Assembly (NCBI RefSeq): GCF_030028105.1
Contig: NC_092378.1
Coordinates: forward strand, 139,923,731-139,987,730
Direction: 5' to 3'
DNA: 64,000 bases
Source: Mobula birostris
Lineage: Eukaryota
Shown here: one piece after another, positions 50,341-62,102 of the stretch
How the letters are laid out: each line of letters starts with the position of its first letter
Numbering within the stretch: position 1 is the stretch's first letter
Position numbers and translations under genes: made by a program
The notes under the pieces: generated by a model
Database searches by the model: none
What the model was told of the DNA's origin: nothing
What the model saw: only the letters and a program-made list of their open reading frames with translations

Positions 50341-51164
50341 TGATTATTGTGCCTTTAAAAATACAGTTATTTTATTACTTTCATGAAACTAGTTGAAAGC
50401 AATGGAAACACAAAAACATGCAGCACTTGAAATAAAAATAAAAGGCATTTTTCTAATTGTAGAAAAGAAGTTATTTATTTAATTATTGAGCTACAGTGTG
50501 GAATAGGCCCTTCCGGCTCTTCGAGCTGTGCTGCCCAGCGATGTTTGATTTATTTCTAGCCTTATCACAGGACAATTTGCAATGACTAATTAACCTACGA
50601 ACTGGTACGTCTTTGGACTGTGGGAGGAAACCGGAGCACCCTGAGGAAACTCACACGGTCACAGGGGAGAACAAACAAACTCCTTACAGTCAGTGGCAGG
50701 AAGTTTGAAAGAGGGTTGAAGTGTTATTTAGATGTGCCTACTATAAATACACTCCAAATACATTGAAGCTTGTATTTATTTCATCCCACTTTGTATAAAT
50801 ATTCATAATCCAAATTCAATGCAGATGCACACATTAACATATTAAGAATAAAACATCGGCTCAAATAATTTAAATGCAACAGGGGAGAGTCAGCAATTTT
50901 GACCAAGGGTTGATTAAGCAACTACAAAGTCAATATAGGGCATGTCAGCCGGGTACATTCAGAGATTTGGCAGCAGTTCAAGTTGAAGATGATTGCTTAA
51001 CTTCAGGAATAGGGACAGATTACTGAGCCTTTTAAGCTTGTGCTTCAATGCAGTGAGAATATGGCTGATCTGAGATGTAGCTCCATAAACTTGTCTTATC
51101 TTCAGATCTTTAAAGCTTTGATTAATAAAGATCATTCAACCTCAGACTTAAAATTCCGGCTGTA

Positions 51165-51460
51165 ATGGGACACCACGGCAGCGGTAAGCGTGATGCTACA
51201 CTTTGACAGCTTGGGGCGTCGGAGTTCAGAGTTCGGAGTTCAATTCTGATGCCATCTGTATGGAGTTTGTGTGTTCCTTGCCGTGAACACACGGGTTTCC
51301 TCCGGGTGCTCTGGTTTCCTCCAGCATTCCAAAGGGGTACCGGCTACTAGGTTAGTCCGCGATTGTAAATTGTTCTGTGATTGGGGCCAGTGTTAAACAG
51401 GCGGGTTGCTAGGTGGCGCAGTTCATTGGGCAGGAAGGGCTGGATCCGCGTTGTACATCT
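51165..51460 (+). mobile_element. V-SINE
   Basis: B-box gagttcaattc and V-domain gggtttcctccgggtgctctggtttcctcc. Confidence 0.75.
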
Positions 51461-52110
51461 ATCACCTGCCAGCTTCTCATTCCCCCACCTATCTACCCTC
51501 ACCTGTCTTCACTTCTCACTCGCCCACCTATCTACCTTCCCCTCAGCTGTCTTCATTTCTCACTCCCCCACGTATCTACCTCTACCCTTACCTGTCTTCA
51601 CTTCTCACTCCCCCACCTATCTACCCTCACCTGTCTTCACTTCTCACTCGCCCACCTATCTACCTTCCCCTCAGCTGTCTTCATTTCTCACTCCCCCACG
51701 TATCTACCTCTACCCTTACCTGTCTTCACTTCTCACTCCCCCACCTATCTACCCTCACCCGTCTTCACTTCTCACTCGCCCACCTATCTACCTTCCCCTC
51801 AGCTGTCTTCACTTCTCACTCGCCCACCTATCTACCCTCACCTGTCTTCACTTCTCACTCGCCCACCTATCTACCTTCCCCTCAGCTGTCTTCACTTCTC
51901 ACTCCCCCACCTATCTACCCTCACCTGTCTTCACTTCTCACTCGCCCACCTATCTACCTTCCCCTCAGCTGTCTTCACTTCTCACTCCCCCACCTATCTA
52001 CCCTCACCTGTCTTCACTTCTCACTCGCCCACCTATCTACCTTCCCCTCAGCTGTCTTCTCTTCTCACTCCCCCACCTATCTACCCTCACCTGTCTTCAC
52101 TTCTCTCCTT
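51460..52110. repeat. Pyrimidine-rich minisatellite with higher-order units
   Basis: 39-45-bp monomers (cacctgtcttcacttctcactc(g/c)cccacctatctacc...) arranged as 2 x 128 bp then 4 x 83 bp; unit starts at 51500, 51628, 51756, 51839, 51922, 52005, 52088. Confidence 0.95.
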
Positions 52111-52189
52111 CCAGCTTGCACTCCTTCCCCTCCCCCAACTTCTTCCTCTTTCCTTTCCAGTCCTGGTGAAGAAATTCGGCCCGGAACAT

Positions 52190-52495
52190 TGACAATAGAC
52201 AATAGACAATAGGTGCAGGAGTAGGCCATTTGGCCCTTCGAGCCAGCACCACCATTCACTGGGATCATGGCTGATCATCCACAATCAGTACCCCGTTCCT
52301 GCCTTCTCCCCATATCCCTTGACTCCACTATCTTTAAAAGCTCTATTTAACTCTTCCTTGAAAGCATCCAGAGAATTGGCCTCCACTGCCTTCTGAGGCA
52401 GAGCATTCCACAGATCCACAACTCTCTGGATGAAAAAGATTTTCCTCAACTCTGTTCTAAGTGGCCTGCCCCTTATTCTTAAACTGTGGCCTCTT
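52190..52495 (-). mobile_element. CR1 3' end with (CTATTGT)n tail
   Basis: gacaatagacaatagacaatag followed by the reverse CR1 3' UTR; it splits a Penelope pLTR. Confidence 0.75.
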
Positions 52496-52835
52496 TTTCT
52501 GATTTTTTATTATATTGATTCTTATTGATTCTTTATTGTTTTTTTTATTCTTTATTCTTTTCTATAGATGCTGCTGGACCTTCAGTATTTTGTGTGTGTT
52601 ATTCTTGATTTCCAGTGTTTGCAGAATCTCTTCCATTTACTATTTAGTAAACATGTTTTAGAAGCATAGAAAACCTACAGCACAATACAGGACCTTCGGC
52701 CCACAGTGCTGTGCCAAACATGTTCTTTTCAGATTTTGAAAATCTTCTGTTCTTGTTCTGGTCCTTCAAGCTGTAGGTTTTCCTGCTGGATACACACTCA
52801 GCTGACTCCCTAAGCGCTGAAGATTTGTACTGGGG

Positions 52836-53475
52836 TTGTCCATTTTATCCAGTGCTCCCAAAGTGGCCTCCTCTACATTGGTGAGACAGGTCGTAAACTG
52901 GAAGACTGCTTTGTTGAGCGCCACCACTCCATCGGCCAAAAGAAGCTCCCGGTGGCCCAACATTTCAACTCTGATTCCCATTCCCATTCCGACATATTGG
53001 TCCACGGCCTCCTCTTGTGCCAAGATGAGGCCTCTGTCAGGGTGGAGAGGTAACACCTTATATTCCATTTGGGCAGCCTTCAACCTGATGGCGTGAACAT
53101 TGATCTCTCTTTCTAATAAAAAAAGTTTCCATCACCCTTCCTTCTTCTTCTAAATCCCACTCTAGCCTCTTATCTCTTCTCGCCTACCTATCATCTCCAC
53201 CTGGGTCCCCTCCTCTTTTCCTTTCTCCTATGATCCACTCTCCTCTCCTATCAGATTTCTTCCTCTCCAGCCCTTTACTTTTTCCATCCACCTGGCTTCA
53301 CCTATCACCTTCCAGCTAATCCTCCTTCCACTCCCTCCACCTTTTTATTTCGGCATCTTCAACCTTCATTTCCAGACCTCAAGAAGGGTCTCGGCCCAAA
53401 ACGTCGACTGTTTATTCATTTCTGTGGATACTGTCTGACTAACTGAGTTTCTCTTGCATTTTATGTGTGTTGCTC
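52836..53475 (+). mobile_element. Penelope-like element 3' fragment
   Basis: Homolog of 3930-4529 (ctctacattggtgagac, LYIGET) with a pLTR carrying a degenerate hammerhead at ~53373-53410. Confidence 0.75.
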
Positions 53476-53852
53476 AAGATCTGTACTGTTGTTATTTCTG
53501 TTAATGAATAACCAGTTGACCCCATCTCGAGTGGTTAGGGAAATCAGAAAAAGTAGATTTAAATCTTCATGAGGGAAGATGGACAAGCAAATTGAAGAAT
53601 TTTCCATGTATAATAAAGATATGTTAAGGTTTTATAAAATGTTCAACAGACTTATGAGAAAGTTTTAAACTTGACACCCATAACCTTCTATCTCTATGTT
53701 GGCCTGGGGCTGAATTATAGGATAGAAATTCTTCTATAAAGCCTTGTGCATTGTTCAGTGAAATACCCCATAAAATTTCTGCACGTCAGGACACACTGAA
53801 CTGTAATAGTATTTACCTCCGTAAACATAAGCACTTTACCCTGAATAACACT

Positions 53853-54210
53853 TTAAAGATGATGAGAGGCATTGATCGTGTGGATAGTCAGAGGCTTTTT
53901 CCCAGGACTGAAATGATTGCCACAAGAGGGCACAGGTTTAAAGTGCTGGGGAGTAGGTACAGAGGAGATATCAGGGGTAAGTTTTCTACTCAGAGAGTGG
54001 TGAGTGCGTGGAATGGGCTGCCGGCAACGGTGGTGGAGGCGGGTACGATAGGATCTTTTAAGAGACTTTTGGATAGGTACATGGAACTTAGTAAAATAGA
54101 GGGCCATAGGTAAGCCTAGTAATTTCTAAAGTAGGGACATGTTCAGCACAACTCTGTGGGCCAAGGGGAAGGGCCTGTATTGTGTGAGGTTTTCTATGTT
54201 TCTATGTTCT
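53853..54210 (+). mobile_element. CR1 3' end
   Basis: KMMRGIDRVD...TRGHRFKV...FSTQRVVSAWNGLP; tail ttctatgtttctatg. Confidence 0.85.
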
Positions 54211-54599
54211 AACAGATATGAAAATAATTATGTTCGTACGGAACAGTTTGAGTTATATTATCAGCCTCTCCCCCTGAAATTTAGAAACAAAAAGACTGCA
54301 GCTGATGTAAATCTAAAACAAAAATGGAAAGTGCAGGAAACACAGAGCCAGTCAGCCCGCATCTGTGGAAAAAGAAAGAGATAATGTTTCCAGATGAGGG
54401 GTGGGGACTGGGCCCAAAATTTTCTATTTTGATCCCTAAATATTGGGAAGGAGAGTAAGTGGTGGCCAAAACTGTGCCAGGTTGTCATTAGCAACAAAGA
54501 AGAAATTGGGTCCAGTGACCCAATGTTGCTGAAGGTTATGCCTCAGAATTACAATCGCCTTCAACATCACTGACATATGATGTGAAATTTGTTGTTTTC

Positions 54600-55240
54600 T
54601 GGCAGCAGTACAGTGCAAATCATAAAAATATTATTACTTACAATGAAATATAAATGGGAAAATGAAATAAATATATAGTGTAAAGTGGAATAGCTGAGTG
54701 TGGAGGGGTGAAGCTCTTCCTAAAACGTTGAGTGTAGGTCTTCATAATCCTGTACCTGCCCCCGATGGTAGCCTCCACACCAGGTAATGATGCAGCCAGT
54801 CATGCTACATCTGTAGAAGTTTGTCAGAGTCTTTGTAACATACCAAATCTCCTCAAACTCCTAATGAAATATACCCATTGAAAAGTCCTCTTCATGATTA
54901 CATCAATACATTGGACTCAGGCTAAATCCTCTGAGATGTTGGTGCCCAGGAACTTGAAGCTGCTCACCCTTTCCACTGCTGACTCCTTGCTGAGGATTGC
55001 CATGTGTTCCCTTGACTTCCCCTTCCTGAGGTACGTAATCAGTTCTTTGGTCTTGCTGATGTTGAGTGCACAAGTTGTGATTGTGACACCATTCAACCAG
55101 CTGATCTATCCCATCACTGTACGCCTCCTTGTCACCATCTGAGATTCTATCAACAATCGTGTTGTCATTGGTGAATTCACAGATGGCGTTGGAGCTGTGC
55201 CTAGCCATACAGTCATGGGGGTAAAGAGAGTAGAGCAAAG
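54600..55240 (-). mobile_element. Rex1/Babar-type RT fragment
   Basis: LYSLYPHDC...LVEWCHNHNL. Confidence 0.65.
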
Positions 55241-55672
55241 GGTCTGCTCAGTGCACACTACAATGATGCTCTTGGCTTGTTCTTGAAGGTGATTCCACTA
55301 CTGTTTCATATTCTTGACAATTTTAGGAGCTATTTTATACTGGTTATTTGGGCACTGAAATGATGGCCAAACTGGACTCTTGAGCTAGAATATGCCGGTT
55401 GACCTTTATCTTTGTCAAAGAGGTCAAGCCTGCAGTATGAATGGCTGTCCAGCTGTTTGCTGAACCACTAGTTGCTCCTTGAAATACTTACTACTGCCCA
55501 CTATTTTACTTAGAGTTGCAGTACGGCAACAGCCCCTTCTGGCCCAACGAACCCACGTGACCAATTGAGCTACTAATCTGTACGTCTTTGGAATGTGGGA
55601 TGAAACTGGAACATCAGGTTGCTGGTGCTGTAATAGCGCTATACTAACTGCTACAGTGCAGCACCGGCAGAA

Positions 55673-55746
55673 GTATTCAGCTGGGAATTGAACTCATGAT
55701 CTCCTATTTACAAGACTGGTCCTTTGACCAGACAAGCCACAGAGCC
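55673..55746 (-). pseudogene. tRNA-Thr(TGT) pseudogene
   Basis: Minus strand GGCTCTGTGGCTTGTCTGGTCAAAGGACCAGTCTTGTAAATAGGAGATCATGAGTTCAATTCCCAG resembles vertebrate tRNA-Thr-TGT. The 3' strand of the acceptor stem and the anticodon stem are broken. Confidence 0.7.
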
Positions 55747-56449
55747 CCTTGTTGTCTGCACAATGCATTGGCATGACGAGTTTAAATGGACTCTCTTCTA
55801 ACAGGAGCCTCTTGTTTGGGAGCACTGTGAACTCCTAGCAACAATATGCTGGAGGCAGTCAGTAGGTTGAATCTTCAGCAGGTTGCTCCAGGTTCCAGTA
55901 TCTGCAGTGTCTTGTGTCTCCAAGTTGTCCTGAGAAAAGATACGTCAGAAGGGTGTTTATCATTCCATTATGAACAAGGTCCTGGCCAAGTCTGCACTAG
56001 GATGTCATAGAACGCAAGGAAAGAAACTGCTGGGTGGTCTCAAGAGGCTGTGGAAGTTGGTATCCAGCGCAACAAACAAACTGCTGGAACAACATAGAAC
56101 ATAAAACACACACAATGAGTGGAGCAGTATTGTTGGGATGAAGGTTTTGTCGATGTTCTGAGTTGCACAGGACTCAGAGTGGAGAAACAGGATAGCCAGC
56201 ACAGAGAGGAGAAGAGAAAGGAACTGACAAGAAAGGAAACTGAGGTGATTTGTGGATTGAGGAGGGGTGTAAAATGACAGGTAGGTGGTGCGGGATAGGG
56301 GAAGTGAGCAGGGCGGAGTTTGAACACTGGCAGGTGAATGATAGGTAGAGGCTGGCAAAGAGGGAGAGGAAACAGAAAAAAAAAACAACAGTTGGGGCAA
56401 GATGAGAGAAGGGGAATGTGAACAATGGAGTCAAAGCACTGCCGGAGGT

Positions 56450-58575
56450 GGATTTGGCTAAGAGCTGGGCATTGGCAGAGATTTTTGCATCTTCCTTAGC
56501 CACAGATGAGGTATCAGAAGACTGGAGGGTGGTCATTATTATAAGCACTGCAACAAAGAGCCAGGGGATTACTGGTGAGCTAAAAACCACTGGTGGGAAT
56601 GTTACTAGAGGGAAAGGCAAGGACTGATTAGGTGGGAAATGGTGTCCCAAAAGTTTGATTGAGAGCTTTGAAGAGGTGACCAAGAAGATTGATGAGGGCA
56701 GGGGGGTGAAAGGTGTTGTGTATATAGACTTTAGCAAGGGCTTTGACAAGGTCTTGCATTGTAGACTGACCCAGAAGGTCAGATCACATGGGATCTAGGT
56801 GAGCTAGCCAATTGGATACAAGGTTGACTTTGTGGGAGAAGACCGAGGATGGTGATGGATGGTTGCTTATGAGATTGAAGGTCTGTGACCAATGTTGTGC
56901 TGCAGAGGTCAGTTCTGATTCCCCTGCGGCTTGTCATATACATTAAATATTCCCATGAGAACATAGATGGCATAAGGAAATTTGTGAGTGACATCAAAAT
57001 TGGGCAGTGAAGAAAGTTGTCTCAGGCTCCAGGTTAACTGGGAATGTGGCCAAGGCAATGGCAGATGTACAAGTTGAATGAGATGCACTTTGGGAAGTTA
57101 CAACAAAACTGGGTGTATGTAGTGAATGACAAGGCCTTAGGAAATGCTGTATAACAGACATCTTTGGGCACAATTACATCATTCCCTGAAAGTGTTGACT
57201 CATGTAGACATGGTGGTGCAGAAGGCATATGGCATGATTACATACATCGAGCAAGGGATTGAGTACAAGTTGTACAAGATACTGGTGAGATAGCACCTGT
57301 ACAATTGTGTGCAGTTCTGGTCACCATTCTAGAGAAAGGATGTGACTAAGCTAGAAAGGGTGTAATAAAGATTCACAAGACTTTACTGGGACTGGAGAGT
57401 TTGAGTTGAAAAGAGAGACACTGTAGCAATGTTCCCTCTAATTAGTAATAACCAGTGTGCAGAAAAATCTTGTGCTGTGCAATTTTATGCCCAGTGACAA
57501 CAATATGTGCGCACTGAATTTTATATGTATTCATTTTAGCCGCTAAGAAAACACTCTTAATGAGAACTTTGACCTCCCCTGGGATTGACCATTTTTGCTC
57601 TTGTTCATCTGCACTCTCACAAAACATACGTAGCAGGCCTATAGTGGGTAATGAAGAATTTTCTCACCAGAGCTTTTGCACACCGTCCATTTGTGATTTG
57701 CTTGCTGAATGACACTTTAAAAAGTCGTTTCCAAATTTCACTCCACTTCTTCCCACTTGCAAATTCTCCAGCAACTTTTGTGTTGCAACAATACATGCAG
57801 GTAACACCAATTCCTGTACTGTACATAAATATTTCCCGTAACTGCACATCCCTGACCTCATGAGCTTTTGGTGTAGCCATTTATGCTGTTTAATTAAGCA
57901 ATTCTTTTGTGCGTCACACCCTTTGTTTCTTTGGAGTTCAGCATAGAGAATCAATAACCTCTATAATAAAAACAGTATCGGTCAGCCAATTCTAAAATCT
58001 GCAGATAAATCATCACAAACCCCATGTTGTCAACACTGTTTACATCAGAAACCGGAAAAGGAAACGCAATTGTGTATGATGGTGAAATATACTTAACAGG
58101 GTAGAGGACGACAACCTTTTGTGTGCAGATTAAAGTCCTTTGTGTGCTAGTAGCAAAAGATGTGTGCGCGCACATGCGCTCACCTCAGTGGAAAGATCGT
58201 TGTGTAGGCCAGGGCTTCTTTCTCTGGAGCGAAGGAGGCTGAGGGGTGACCTTACAGAGTTTTAAAAGACTATGACAGCCAGAGATAAGGTGGAACATAG
58301 CTGTCTTCCCAGGGTAGAGAAATCTATAACTAGTGGTGAGAGGGGACAGATTTAGAAGGGACCTGAGGGGCAAGCTGAGAGGATGGTATGCATGTGAAAT
58401 AAGGAAGTGGTAGAGGCAGGTACAATTACAACTCTTAAAACACTTTTAGACAGATACATTGCTAGGAAATGTTTAGAGGGAGATGGTCAAATGCAGGCAA
58501 ATGGAACTAGCTAAGGTTGGCAACTGCCATGGACGAGTTGGCTTGAAGGGCCCATTTCTGTGCTGTTTACCACTG
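56450..58575 (+). mobile_element. Degenerate CR1 ORF2/3' fragment, interrupted by a hAT element
   Basis: gactttagcaagggctttgacaaggtc (DFSK.FDKV), cagttctggtcacc and aggaggctgaggggtgacct. Confidence 0.75.
57427..58199 (-). mobile_element. hAT DNA transposon deletion derivative
   Basis: Left TIR caatgttccctctaa, degenerate right TIR tcagtggaaagatcg and imperfect 8-bp TSD cactgtag/ttgtgtag. Internal VTCMYC...FASGKKW...WK resembles a TTF-type zinc finger. Confidence 0.6.
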
Positions 58576-59134
58576 ACTCTTGAATCATTGCTGCTGGAAT
58601 GAATGGTGAAAGATATTGGGAAACTTTACCTGGCACACACACACAGACTTCAACACTCGAACAACATTTAATCTGGAAATTCCCTGAAAGCTGTAATAAG
58701 GATTACTCTCACGGTGGGGGCTTGCAGCACTGGATGCAAGTGTGGAGGAAGGCAGCCTCTGTCACGGTGGCAACCGGCAACGACGCAACCCTGGTGTGGC
58801 GGACAGTAGACTCAGTCACGGTAAGGGCTGGCAATGACATGACGCAGAAGCAGAGGAGTGGCACACTCCCCAGGAAGTGAAGAAAACAAGGGGTTAGAGA
58901 TAGGTGTGACAACCAATCATCGGAGGCACAACTGAGCGACACCACAAGACAAATCATTCTCCACAAACACACAGGAGAATGCCGCTAACAGAGCACAATG
59001 AGAATCCCCTTCAAATAGTCATAGAATCTTTTGCTTTTTGCTGGGGGTCTCTAGTGTACAGTAAGTATGACTGCAATTAAGATTTAGGCAAATCAGCACC
59101 AGCTGCTAGAGATTGGGGCAGGAGGTAAGGTGGA

Positions 59135-59679
59135 CCTATATAACCGTATAACAATTACAACATGGAAACAGGCCACCTCGGCCCTTCTAGTCCGTGCCGA
59201 ACTCTTACTCTCACCTAGTCCCACTGACCTGCACTCAGCCCATAACCCTCCATTCCTTTCCTGTCCATATATCTATGCAATTTAACTTTAAACGACAACA
59301 TAGAACCTGCCTCAACCACTTCTGCTGGAAGCTCGTTCCATACAGCTACCACTCTCTGAGTAAAGAAGTTCCCCCTCACGTTACCCCTAAACTTTTGCCC
59401 TTTAACTCTCAACTCATGTCCTCTTGTTTGAATCTCCCCCATTCTCAATGGAAAAAGCCTATCCACATCAACTCTATCAATCCCCCTCATAATTTTAAAC
59501 ACCTCTATCTAGTCCCCTCTCACCCTTCTACACTCCAAAGAATAAAGACCTAACTTGTTCAACCTTTCTCTGTAATTTAGGAGATGAAACCCAGGCAACA
59601 TTTTAGTAAATTTCCTCTGTACTCTTTCTATTTTATTGACGTCTTTCCTATAATTCGGTGACTAGAACTGTACACAATA
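59135..59679 (-). mobile_element. 5'-truncated CR1 3' end
   Basis: Starts at TATTGTGTACAG (YCVQ); ORF 59215-59502 MFKIMRGIDRVD...TRGH...WNELP; has a tandem tail. Confidence 0.9.
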
Positions 59680-59683
59680 AAGT

Positions 59684-59755
59684 AGGGGGCACCTGGATTT
59701 GAACCAGGGACCTCTTGATCTGCAGTCAAATGCTCTACCACTGAGCTATACCCCC
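59684..59755 (-). tRNA. tRNA-Cys(GCA)
   Basis: GGGGGTATAGCTCAGTGGTAGAGCATTTGACTGCAGATCAAGAGGTCCCTGGTTCAAATCCAGGTGCCCCCT: 72 nt, complete cloverleaf, GCA anticodon, U73 discriminator, intact A and B boxes. Confidence 0.97.
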
Positions 59756-61719
59756 ACACACACTTTCAACCTGTGGCAGACCTGGTCCAAATTTAGCTAG
59801 ACCGGTTCAGGCACATTCTGTGCTAATCTGGGAACCTATATAGTGTCTTTCTTCATCCCATAATTTCCAGGAATGTAGCAAGGCAGCGCCTCCTATGCCA
59901 TTGGAGGAAGTTGACATGTAGAGATCCATGAAACTTCTGAGTTTACAGCTTCTAAAGCTAGTTGTTTCTATTTGGTAACCCAGACGAATTTCAAATGGCA
60001 GCAACCTTCCAAGCAAGGAATCATAAACACAAGAGATGCTGGAAATCTGGAGCAACACACACAAAATGCAGGAGGAACTCAGTAAGATTCTCACTGCCTG
60101 AAAAGTTGACTGGTTATTCCTCTCTATAGATGTTGCCTGATCTGGTGAGTTTCTCCAGCATTTTGTGTGTGTTCCAAACAAGATATCTTTTTGATAGTGG
60201 GTCTACTTAATGCCCTTTATCCAAGGAATCCGTAGTTAGCCCCTCAGGTTCATCTGTGCCAAAGGCAAGCAGCAGTGGTTGACTCTTAATGGCTATCCAA
60301 AATGGCCTTGCAATCTCTTAGTTCAGGGTGTAATTGGGAATGGATGCTAAATATTAACTGTGCAGTCTCATGATTGAGTTACAAAGATTCTGTCCTTTTC
60401 CAAAGTCAACATGCGTAATTGATGAAACTGAACTTTGATAAAGTAGGTACAGCGACAATTGCCCATTACACAACCCACCCAATTGAAATGATCCAGGATG
60501 AATATTACACTGCTGTAATAGAGGAGGACTTTTACCCATCTTGAGCACTTTCCAACATTTAATTTCGACTTTGTATGCTTTTTAGCTGGAATCATCAGCA
60601 GCCAGCAGCCTGACTCATTTGCTGCTTTTCAGTACAGGAAAACTTCCCACCCTTGTCTTGAGATTGGATTCCACCCAATGTCTGCCTGGGTTGTGTGAAG
60701 CAATACTAGAGCTTGTATGGTACTCATTTGGCAAACCAGTCACACAGATTCATTTTTCTTATCTATTTTTTTCTTTTCCCTTCATATTTGTTGACCCCCT
60801 TTTGGTCTGCAGCACCAAGGATTAATGAAGGTTCTTCCAAGAATTTTGTGCTATTTTTGTATATGGAACTTGAAGGGTAATGGATGAAATCTATTTTCCT
60901 GGAACTGATAATATAAACTCTATCTGCTGTTCTCTCTGTTTGCCATCGCTTGATATCCTGATTTATTTAATGTGTACAAATGAGTATCATTAAAAAGTGC
61001 ATCGCTTAAAGGGAAATTACATGCTGCAGATTGCAGTGAGAGTAATTCAAAAGAGGTATATTTAGAAGTATTGTACGTAGTCTGCAGCACGTCACCATGG
61101 TTCACTGGCACCATCTTGCAAGGTCCAGAAATAACAGGGCAAAATTTGCACTGTTTTAAAACTTTGGAACTGACAAGTGATTTATTTTAAATAGGAGGTG
61201 TAATTAATTGACCCAAATTTATGTTGTTTGATTTATTAATTCACTTTTGATAAACTGTGCTCTAGGTATTGGATGTTTCCAAGAGTTAGCACATTATTTC
61301 CCCTCAAGGACCTTGTCCTGAATCCTTTCTCGGCTGAGAGGGTGAAAGTTTTCCTTCTTCCCCATTTAGATTCAAGATTCAAGATTGTTTGATGTCATTT
61401 CCAGTACACAAGTGTAAAGGAGAACAAAATAACTGTTACTTCAGATCCAATCCAGCACAAAAAAAACACAATAAGACAATGAACGCAATAATAAGAAAGC
61501 TATAAATATAAATACATAAGCTAGCTTACATAGAGAACAGAAACTGATTGTATGCCATAAAGTGACACTAGATACAGGAGTGTCTAGAATTTTTAAACTT
61601 GCCAGGGGCTTTCAAACGTTAGTTAATGTGTGGATACTGACATCCATCGGAGGAGGGTTTTTGCAATTGTTGCTCTTTTATCCAATTCTTAATTTTATTC
61701 TGGAATTTAGAGGAAATGG

Positions 61720-62102
61720 GGGAGGGGGAAGATCTCATTGAAACCTATCAAATATTGAAAGCCTCAGATAGAGTGGATGTGGTGAGAATGTTTCCAGTAG
61801 TGACAGAGTCTAGGACCAGCCTTAGAATAGAAGTACGTCCCTTTAGAATAGAGGTGAAGAGGAATTGCTTTAACTAGAGGATGGTGAAACTGTGAAATTC
61901 ATTGCCACAGACAGTTATGGAGGCCAAGTCGTTGGGAATATTTAATAGGTTGATAGATTTGTGGTTAGTAAGGACGTCAAAGTTTATGGAAGAAGGCAGG
62001 AGAATGGGGCTGAGAGGGATAACGAATTAGCCATGATCAAATAGCATTGCAGACTTGATGGGCCAGATGGTTTAATTCTGCTCCTGTGTCTTATGGTCTT
62101 AT
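61720..62102 (+). mobile_element. CR1 3' fragment
   Basis: Homolog of ~30250-30575 with tail tcttatggtctta. Confidence 0.7.

Noticed and set aside
51460-52110. CRISPR-like regular repeat spacing
   Set aside because: These are contiguous tandem units with no unique spacers, in vertebrate DNA with no cas genes.
51381-52212. Three overlapping ORFs of 259-268 aa
   Set aside because: They result from a stop-free C/T-rich minisatellite; the translations are low-complexity in all three frames.
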